A stretch of DNA of 64,000 nt from positions 32,001 to 96,000 of the IMG/VR virus record IMGVR_UViG_3300037258_000147. One strand, written 5' to 3'. A program made the translations under genes and the position numbers. A model generated the notes under the pieces. The model did not search any database. It worked only from the letters and a program-made list of their open reading frames with translations, and was not told the DNA's origin. This document shows, piece after piece, positions 19,516 to 25,791 of the stretch. Within the stretch, counting starts at the first letter, position 1. Every line of letters begins with the position of its first letter. This DNA comes from a virus.

Positions 19516-19589
19516 TGGTACCTCGCTAGAGAATCGAACTCTATCCAACCGGGGTAAAAACCCGATATGCACCATCACACTCACGAGGC
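19516..19589 (-). tRNA. tRNA-Lys(TTT)
   Basis: TCGGG-TTTTTAC-CCCGG; CCA end. Confidence 0.85.
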
Positions 19590-19629
19590 GTCTTTTATCA
19601 CTCTCGGATTTTGGTGTCATAACTGCTTC

Positions 19630-19854
19630 TCAGCCAACTAGGTAGTCCGTGGTTTTTAATCCCTGTTCGATACGGAACGCTTCATTCCGTTTCCACGTCT
19701 TGCTTATCGACCAACCTAATAGCCTAATCAAACAATATTGAAATTTTGAACCGGAGAAAGCTGTACCATCGTTTGTCCCAAACAAAATTACATGGGCCGG
19801 ATCAGCCACAGACCCTCTCCAAAATATTCTTGCCTGCGTTGGTCCTGTGTACAT
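19630..19854 (-). CDS. Hypothetical protein
   Basis: 74 aa, AGGAG RBS. Confidence 0.55.
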   Translation of the reverse strand: MYTGPTQARIFWRGSVADPAHVILFGTNDGTAFSGSKFQYCLIRLLGWSISKTWKRNEAFRIEQGLKTTDYLVG

Positions 19855-19872
19855 TTTTAACTACTCCTAAAA

Positions 19873-19947
19873 TGGTGGGTTGCCAGATAATCGAAATCTG
19901 TTCTTCCGGGTAAGAACCGGATGCTTCGCCAGCAAAGCTTGCAACCC
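19873..19947 (-). tRNA. tRNA-Lys(CTT)
   Basis: TCCGG-TTCTTAC-CCGGA; CCA end. Confidence 0.85.
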
Positions 19948-19953
19948 GTTAAC

Positions 19954-20394
19954 TTACGGTATTGTGGTTACGGTAACAGTAACTGTTGTAGTAGTTCCAC
20001 TTGGGGTAGAAGGAACGCCTGGAGTTCCGGGGACTACTACGAAAGCTGGAGCAGAAGAACCGCTTACTGCCGATGCTTGTTGAGTTTGAACTACGTAACA
20101 ATAACTCGTTCCTGATGTTACGGATGAATCGACATATGCGGTTGCCTGCGGAGCAGAAACCCCAACTGAAGAATAAGACGACGCAGTTAGTGGGCAAGTT
20201 GTTCCGGTAACTGGGGTTTTAGAAACCAGAAAAGTACAAGGTGCCGAAGTGCTGCATCCGGACCAACCAGGGGAAGCAGCAGGAACTGTCCAACTCAAAT
20301 TAACCTGAAAAGAAGTCTGAGTTATCTGAGACTCGGCAGAACTTCCAAACACCAGCAGTCCAGCAAAAACCACAAACAGGAATATCTTCTTCAC
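19954..20394 (-). CDS. Secreted fibronectin type III-like protein
   Basis: Likely GTG start at 20394, signal peptide, VNLSWT...YVD..V..G..YCYVV. Confidence 0.7.
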   Translation of the reverse strand: MKKIFLFVVFAGLLVFGSSAESQITQTSFQVNLSWTVPAASPGWSGCSTSAPCTFLVSKTPVTGTTCPLTASSYSSVGVSAPQATAYVDSSVTSGTSYCYVVQTQQASAVSGSSAPAFVVVPGTPGVPSTPSGTTTTVTVTVTTIP

Positions 20395-20437
20395 GTGTTT
20401 TAGCCTTTCATGTCGTTCAAAATTCTTGAATATCGAA

Positions 20438-20529
20438 TGGTGGGCGACGAGGGAATCGAACCCGTCTGGCATCTCTCATCTAGAGACTACAGGGTTTATA
20501 AGGCCCCGCCCCGTCCTACGGCATCGCCC
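20438..20529 (-). tRNA. 8/4 allo-tRNA-like RNA, anticodon TAT
   Basis: 8-bp acceptor GGGCGATG/CGTCGCCC, D arm CCGT-AGG-ACGG, long variable arm, short T stem, ACCA end. Confidence 0.7.
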
Positions 20530-20550
20530 AAACTTGTCCATTTAATGGAC

Positions 20551-20621
20551 TGGTCCCGAAGCGTGGAATCAAACCACTCACCTGGTCTTATGAGAACCAG
20601 TGCTGAATCATCAGCCTCGGG
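20551..20621 (-). tRNA. Compact 8/4 tRNA, anticodon CAT
   Basis: CCCGAGGC/GCTTCGGG acceptor, 6-bp anticodon stem, GTGG/CCAC T stem, 71 nt. Confidence 0.7.
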
Positions 20622-20627
20622 TAAAAC

Positions 20628-20702
20628 ATGGCAGGAGATGAAGGATTTGAACCCTCGAATCCCGGGTTGGAGCCGGGCGGTTTCCGTTAAGCCTAATCTC
20701 CC
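20628..20702 (-). tRNA. tRNA-Trp(CCA)
   Basis: CCCGG-CTCCAAC-CCGGG; GCCA end. Confidence 0.88.
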
Positions 20703-21121
20703 AAAAGATACTCGGATGCATTTTTTAGTAGAGAAGGATCGTCCTTAAAATGACCAATCCCTAGATTGCAACTCCTGCACAACAATCCTCTTACTTTTCC
20801 CGTAAGATGATCGTGATCAACATGCAAAGGTTTGTCGTCTTTCTTACCACAAATCTTACAAATCCCATTCTGCTGCGAAAATAAGAATAGGTATTCCGCT
20901 CCCGTCATCCCATATCTATTTGCTATTTTATAGCTAGGATGTGCTTTGTTCCATTTGTTTGCTTTAGAAATATATTTTTCTATGTTTCTGAGATAATGTT
21001 CTCTACGATAGTCGGCCTGGCAATCTCGGCATTGTTTATGCCTTATCCCTCTCGCTTCATCTCTAAAAGCAAAATCTTGTTCTTCGTCTTTAGAAGTATG
21101 ACATTTAGAACAAATACTCAT
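20693..21121 (-). CDS. Endonuclease VII-like (His-Me) nuclease
   Basis: QNGICKICG...LHVDHDH.TGKVRGLLC..CN..IG motif; stop codon overlaps the tRNA-Trp 5' end. Confidence 0.88.
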   Translation of the reverse strand: MSICSKCHTSKDEEQDFAFRDEARGIRHKQCRDCQADYRREHYLRNIEKYISKANKWNKAHPSYKIANRYGMTGAEYLFLFSQQNGICKICGKKDDKPLHVDHDHLTGKVRGLLCRSCNLGIGHFKDDPSLLKNASEYLLGD

Positions 21122-21136
21122 TTTATTATCAAGAAG

Positions 21137-21213
21137 TGGTAGCCCTAGTAGGATTCGAACCTACACTATGACTCGTTCGTAGCGAGTATGACTTTCCAGT
21201 TGCCGATAGGGCC
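21137..21213 (-). tRNA. tRNA-Arg(ACG)
   Basis: ACTCG-CTACGAA-CGAGT; CCA end. Confidence 0.88.
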
Positions 21214-21221
21214 GTAAAACT

Positions 21222-21295
21222 TGGTCTCCGAGCGGGGATTCAAACCCCGGACGCCGCGCCCCAAACGCGGAATGTTTTCACTACACTACTCAGAG
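21222..21295 (-). tRNA. tRNA-Pro(TGG)
   Basis: CCGCG-TTTGGGG-CGCGG; C1-G72, A73. Confidence 0.88.
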
Positions 21296-21300
21296 ATAAA

Positions 21301-21379
21301 TGGTGCGGGTGGCAGGATTTCAACCTGCGATCTCCTGTTCCCGAAACAGGCGCGTTAAGGCAAACTTCGCTACACCCAC
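21301..21379 (-). tRNA. tRNA-Pro(CGG)
   Basis: CCTGT-TTCGGGA-ACAGG; CCA end. Confidence 0.85.
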
Positions 21380-21494
21380 TTAAACTTTTCGGCCACGATA
21401 AAACTCTGTTCCCCCGCTTCCGACTAGGTTCGAACCTTCTGGGCGTTGGGTGTCTTGTTTTATCTTCGCTCTTTCGAACTAGGCCAAAACTTTA

Positions 21495-21569
21495 TGGTGG
21501 ACTCGGGCGGACTTGAACCGCCATCGCGCAAGGCTTCAACATGCCGCTCTACATTGGAGCTACGAGTCC
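21495..21569 (-). tRNA. tRNA-Phe(GAA)
   Basis: GCATG-TTGAAGC-CTTGC; CCA end. Confidence 0.85.
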
Positions 21570-21750
21570 GAATTTTGATATACGACTTGAGGTCGCTGCG
21601 ACTCCCGTAGGGGCCACTCTTTCTTGTGGTGTCAGCCAAAGCAACCCGATAGACATCTGACAATGCCCGTCAAATTACTCCCGTATAAACTTGGTGGACC
21701 TGTTGTCATCCCTCCGCGCTTTCGCTACGCGGCCCTATGAGGGTTTACGA

Positions 21751-21826
21751 TGGTGGACCCGGAGGGATTGCAACCCTCAAAACTACATTGCAGGTGTAGT
21801 ATGATCGCATGTTTCATCACGGGCCC
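21751..21826 (-). tRNA. tRNA-Ala(TGC)
   Basis: G3.U70, A73; CTACA-CCTGCAA-TGTAG; C33. Confidence 0.85.
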
Positions 21827-22076
21827 GTTTAAATCCAGTATACATTCCATCTTTTGCTAGAAAATGTTCAAGATCGTGGCAATTAGGACACAAAATTTCC
21901 AAATTGGACGGATCATTATTTGCGTGACTACGATCCTTATGGTGAACCTTCAAAATTCCAACTTGTTCATCATATCCGCATCGATTGCATTTCGAGGGAT
22001 AGTTTCTTCTTGCAATTTCCCGATAAGTCCCCTCTGGGGGGGGGGGGGGCGACCACCGAAGCAAGATATCCACCAT
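21783..22076 (-). CDS. HNH endonuclease (N-terminus possibly degenerate)
   Basis: CNRCGY...LKVHHKD...NN..SNL..LCPNCH; 3' end reads into tRNA-Ala. Confidence 0.75.
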   Translation of the reverse strand: MVDILLRWSPPPPPEGTYREIARRNYPSKCNRCGYDEQVGILKVHHKDRSHANNDPSNLEILCPNCHDLEHFLAKDGMYTGFKRARDETCDHTTPAM

Positions 22077-22144
22077 CTGTAGAACTTCTACGCTACAGAA
22101 CGTTCGTCACTCCAGAGTTTAGCATCCTCTGACACTTTCAAAAA

Positions 22145-22377
22145 GTCCCGCTGGTCCTCACCAATACCCGAGTCGAACGGGAAAGCGGGTTTGTCGCAGC
22201 CTACCATTAGAAGACGGTCCAAAGACCGGAGAGATTCGAACTCTCATTTACGACCCACATCAAGCCAGACATCCTATCCACTAGACGACGCTCCGACTCG
22301 GGGACTGTTTACTCGTGTTTGCATCCACGTCAGTCCTTGCTCAGAACGGGATGATTCGAACATCCGTCCTCTGGCAC
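22145..22377 (-). ncRNA. Tandem circularly permuted tRNA-like modules (YrlA-like topology)
   Basis: Three TTCGA T-arms; two of them are followed by a loop-closed acceptor stem and a D arm. Confidence 0.7.
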
Positions 22378-22379
22378 CT

Positions 22380-22455
22380 TGGAGGGAAGGGAGCGAGTCG
22401 AACGCTCTAAAGACATGATCCACAATCATGCGCCGCACCGTTTGGCTTCCAACCC
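22380..22455 (-). tRNA. tRNA-His(GTG)
   Basis: CATGA-TTGTGGA-TCATG; CCA end. Confidence 0.8.
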
Positions 22456-22674
22456 AATTTTTGTTGTCCATTTTATGGACTAAATTTGAGGACCAGACCG
22501 TTGGACACCTCGTTGCTTATTGCGGTCGGCTTGATCTCTTTTATGCGGAAGCCGAGTGGTAATCTTCCGCAGAGCCAAACTCACGGTGTAAATTTGTCGG
22601 TGCTCTCCCTGGTGTCACACCACTGGTTAGGCAAAAGGTATTAGCTCTGCTACCGGGCAAGGTGTCGCCCATTA

Positions 22675-22745
22675 TGGAGCCGATGTACGGAGTTCAACCG
22701 TCAGGAACTCTTTACAGGAGAGTGCCGCTTGCGAAGCACATCGGC
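22675..22745 (-). tRNA. Compact 8/4 tRNA, anticodon TGT (Thr)
   Basis: Perfect 8-bp GCCGATGT/ACATCGGC, D arm GCTT-CGC-AAGC, T stem ACGG/CCGT, 71 nt. Confidence 0.75.
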
Positions 22746-22829
22746 TAACTTTTCGGTGGTATCTTCCCTCAAACCCTGATACTAGGTCCCTCATCTGAGT
22801 CCTTGCAGACCCCAGCACCGATGAAATTC

Positions 22830-22988
22830 GAGTGATGACGAATCGGACTTGATACCGATTCCTACTTTCGCGGTTGCGCCGCTACCATGCCACTAGGGAA
22901 TCTCTTAATGTACACTCAGTTCTACCCCGGTAGGAGAAGCCCTAACACCTTCAAAGCTGCACGTCCATCCGTGCGGATCGTCATCACC
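22830..22988 (-). ncRNA. Large tRNA-shaped RNA with expanded anticodon domain
   Basis: GTGATGACG/CGTCATCAC stem, D arm GCAC-GGATGGAC-GTGC, T-like arm ATCGG-TATCAAGT-CCGAT; starts just downstream of a promoter. Confidence 0.6.
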
Positions 22989-22994
22989 AAATAC

Positions 22995-23023
22995 ATTGTC
23001 TCACAACTCTAAAAACTTGTCAA
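22995..23023 (-). promoter_or_regulatory. Sigma70-type promoter inside the tRNA array
   Basis: TTGACA-17 nt-GACAAT. Confidence 0.6.
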
Positions 23024-23035
23024 CCTAAATTTTGT

Positions 23036-23344
23036 CTAAATCGTATCGTTTTGTTCTAAAGACTCTAACAGCCACAAATCTACAGACAGTTGGGTCCGAT
23101 CTTCTTGGTACCCGATCTCCTGTCCATTTTCTGGAAGCAGTTTTTCCGCCAAGATTAGAGTTGGTTCTATTAAAGAATCTAACCAAGGGTAGTCTGTTCT
23201 GGCCCGATCAAGTTCGGCCATATCCGCTAAAATCAGATTGCCGCTGTCCATTTGTGAAAATATATCAGGAAGAGGCGGCGCTGGTTTTTGCGCTTTGTGG
23301 TGATGGAAGCCGAGGATCACATATAACAAACCTACTGAAATCAT
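23036..23344 (-). CDS. Hypothetical protein
   Basis: Likely ATG 23344 after AAGGA; hydrophobic N-terminus. Confidence 0.5.
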   Translation of the reverse strand: MISVGLLYVILGFHHHKAQKPAPPLPDIFSQMDSGNLILADMAELDRARTDYPWLDSLIEPTLILAEKLLPENGQEIGYQEDRTQLSVDLWLLESLEQNDTI

Positions 23345-23362
23345 AGCTTCCTTTTCAAAGAG

Positions 23363-23434
23363 AGGTCGAAGTCGGAACTGCCCCGACACCGTATCCATAC
23401 CAGGGATACATTCTTCTAGTTAAACTATTCGACC
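23363..23434 (-). tRNA. tRNA-Thr(GGT), divergent T loop, no encoded CCA
   Basis: TATCC-CTGGTAT-GGATA; acceptor GGTCGAA/TTCGACC. Confidence 0.7.
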
Positions 23435-23438
23435 AAAT

Positions 23439-23514
23439 TGGAGCACCTGACCGGAGTCGAACCGGTGACTTCCTCTTTACGGGAGAGGCGCTGTGCCGTC
23501 TGAGCCACAGGTGC
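23439..23514 (-). tRNA. tRNA-Thr(CGT)
   Basis: CCTCT-CCCGTAA-AGAGG; C33; CCA end. Confidence 0.88.
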
Positions 23515-23727
23515 AGTAAGGTATCATAAAAGTGACCTTAAGTAGGTTAAGGTGTCATATATGACACCTTAGTCCATTATATGGACTGAAATTTATGCCA
23601 ACTCGGTGGACGAAAGTTCGAGGGGGGTGTCTAATCGTCTACCTCTGGTCGCGACTAGTTCTAGGCCGCTGGCTGGAGCTTCTTCGCCTTATCACAGACC
23701 CTTATCCGCAAAAAGGTTGAATAGAAA

Positions 23728-23802
23728 TGGAGCGGGCGACGGGTCTTGCCCCCGCAACCTTTGCATTGGCAACGCAATGTTCTGCAATTGAACTACGCCC
23801 GC
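23728..23802 (-). tRNA. tRNA-Gly(GCC)
   Basis: TTGCG-TTGCCAA-TGCAA; CCA end. Confidence 0.85.
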
Positions 23803-23806
23803 GAAA

Positions 23807-23882
23807 TGGCAGGGAGTACAGGAATCGAACCTGTCTGGGTGGGTCCAAAGGCCACCGCCTGAAACCAATCGGCCAACTCCCT
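23807..23882 (-). tRNA. tRNA-Gln(TTG)
   Basis: GTGGC-CTTTGGA-CCCAC; GCCA end. Confidence 0.85.
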
Positions 23883-23890
23883 GTAAAACT

Positions 23891-23964
23891 TGGCACCCCG
23901 TCGTGGATTCGAACCACGATACTCTGCTTCAGAAACAGAAGTCCTGCCGTTGAACGAACGGGGT
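23891..23964 (-). tRNA. tRNA-Gln(CTG)
   Basis: TCTGT-TTCTGAA-GCAGA; GCCA end. Confidence 0.88.
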
Positions 23965-23969
23965 AAATT

Positions 23970-24044
23970 TGGCTCCTCCCCTCCGACTCGAACGGAGACC
24001 TTTTTGGTTAACTGCCAAAAGCAATGCCATTATGCTAGAGAGGA
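23970..24044 (-). tRNA. tRNA-Asn(GTT)
   Basis: TTTGG-CAGTTAA-CCAAA; A33; GCCA end. Confidence 0.85.
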
Positions 24045-24050
24045 ATAAAA

Positions 24051-24569
24051 TCAAAAAGTGCGAAGAGTTCTGATGATTTCCAGGGAATTAGAATGCTTAA
24101 TCCATTCTCCCTCTTCGAGGTGAAAACCAAAATCATCCAACAACTTCTTTTCTGCTTCTCTTCTATCAAGAACGAATTCGTAATTCTTGATGTAAAAAGC
24201 CTTGAAAGGATCATACGTCTGATACGAATCCAGTCTCGCTTCCGAATCTACAGACATGCCTATCTTGATGTGATCCGGCCAGGCTGGGTTACCGATCAAG
24301 TAGATTTGTCCTTCTTTACAATCCTTCGGTTTGGCTCCTCGATGAAACTTCAATCTTAAGAGTTCTAGGCCCGCTAATTTTCTGGCGTACCTATATTGGA
24401 ATTTTCCATTACTTTTCGGGGCAAGACTACCATAGATTCGGATGTACTCGGAAAGCATTTCTTCTGTAATATCGAAGGTTGTGTACGGAGGGACAATATC
24501 TGCATCCGAGAGAAGTCTTACAGTTTCTGCAATTCTTTCTGTTCTTCCTATTTCTTTAGGGTTGCTCAA
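24051..24569 (-). CDS. T5orf172/GIY-YIG domain protein (paralog of 18974..19486)
   Basis: GQIYLIGNPAWPDHIKIGMS motif; near-colinear with its paralog. Confidence 0.8.
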   Translation of the reverse strand: MSNPKEIGRTERIAETVRLLSDADIVPPYTTFDITEEMLSEYIRIYGSLAPKSNGKFQYRYARKLAGLELLRLKFHRGAKPKDCKEGQIYLIGNPAWPDHIKIGMSVDSEARLDSYQTYDPFKAFYIKNYEFVLDRREAEKKLLDDFGFHLEEGEWIKHSNSLEIIRTLRTF

Positions 24570-24592
24570 CGGCTCTCCCCTTTTGAATTTTA

Positions 24593-24669
24593 TGGTAGGG
24601 ATGGTGAGGCTCTAACTCACTAGGACGTGGGTGAAGGCCACGGCACTCGAACACTTTGTATTCATCCCC
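24593..24669 (-). tRNA. tRNA-Glu(TTC)
   Basis: CGTGG-CCTTCAC-CCACG; C33; divergent D and T loops. Confidence 0.75.
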
Positions 24670-24822
24670 ATAAATTTGTGCGACTTACTCGGTGATCGAG
24701 TCGAACGATCCCCCGCTACTTTTGCATTCACGGGTGACAACCAGGGTTCCGTCCTCAGCATCAGATTTGCTGTCTTCCGCCTTGTAGTCCTAATGGACAG
24801 CCGCACAAACTATTTTAAAACT

Positions 24823-25503
24823 TTAAAACGCTACATCACTCCAGGTCAGTTGAATATTTTTGTACAAAGTATTCAATCCTCCAGGTACTAAAGTTTCTGT
24901 TTGCAACTGAATAGCCGCGACTGAAGACCAGTTTGAGGTTTGACTAGGTAGTTCTTGCAAATTACTCGGGACTGAAAATTCTGTGGCTCCCCAAGTAGTA
25001 GACAGCATACTGAACTTGTTGTTCGGTACGTCTATGAAATATCTGAAACTTATTGGCGTCCAAGTGTCAGGAGCCAGAGTTGGTTTAAACCCAGTGTCTA
25101 TCCAGCCCGGAGGGGATGTGTCGATCTGCCAGCTTCCGGTAGACAAATTCAACTGTGAACTAAAGTTGAAGACATTAGGAATCTGTGTACTTGCGTTGGG
25201 GGCTGATTGCGAAACTACTTTTACGTCAATCTCCAGCCGTCCCAAAACAGGAAGATCAAAAGACGAAACGTAAACTTGTAAATCCAATCCCAGATATGGT
25301 AAAAAAATTCCGGGGATACTAGGGACCGGGCGCTTATTGGTTACTAACGCCCCACCAAAAGCTGAGGTACTTACGTTGGTTACCTTCAGAGCCCCAGACG
25401 GAAGTAACGTCGGGATAAAAGCTGAAGAAGGAATAGGATTTACGCTTGCTCCGGTTTGTACTACCCACGTGCCTTTTTCCAGTCCATCATCAATTACCCG
25501 CAT
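24823..25503 (-). CDS. Hypothetical beta-rich protein
   Basis: 226 aa, AGGAG RBS. Confidence 0.7.
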   Translation of the reverse strand: MRVIDDGLEKGTWVVQTGASVNPIPSSAFIPTLLPSGALKVTNVSTSAFGGALVTNKRPVPSIPGIFLPYLGLDLQVYVSSFDLPVLGRLEIDVKVVSQSAPNASTQIPNVFNFSSQLNLSTGSWQIDTSPPGWIDTGFKPTLAPDTWTPISFRYFIDVPNNKFSMLSTTWGATEFSVPSNLQELPSQTSNWSSVAAIQLQTETLVPGGLNTLYKNIQLTWSDVAF

Positions 25504-25514
25504 TAGTCTCCTAT

Positions 25515-25589
25515 TGGTAGCCTACCAGAGAATCAAACTCTGTTCTCGATCTTGAGAAAATCGCATCCTAATCAGTAGAAGAGTAGGCC
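25515..25589 (-). tRNA. tRNA-Glu(CTC)
   Basis: CGATT-TTCTCAA-GATCG; CCA end. Confidence 0.85.
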
Positions 25590-25635
25590 GTTTTATATTC
25601 CACGCCAACGAATTACTGTCATGGTTACTCCTAAA

Positions 25636-25710
25636 TGGCGGGACCGACGAGAATCAAACTCGCATCTTTCTCCTCGACAGGGAGACATCTTATCATTAGA
25701 CTACGGTCCC
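25636..25710 (-). tRNA. tRNA-Asp(GTC)
   Basis: TCTCC-CTGTCGA-GGAGA; GCCA end. Confidence 0.88.
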
Positions 25711-25713
25711 AAT

Positions 25714-25791
25714 TGGTTGCGGCTCTCGGGAGTTGAACCCGGTATCCCAAGGGTATGAGTCTTGGATGGTCATCCGTTCCACTCAGCCGCA
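25714..25791 (-). tRNA. tRNA-Met(CAT), initiator-like acceptor stem
   Basis: TGCGGCT/AGCCGCA-ACCA; CAAGA-CTCATAC-CCTTG. Confidence 0.78.

Noticed and set aside
21692-22988. tmRNA
   Set aside because: No G3.U70 tRNA-like domain linked to a tag ORF could be assembled.
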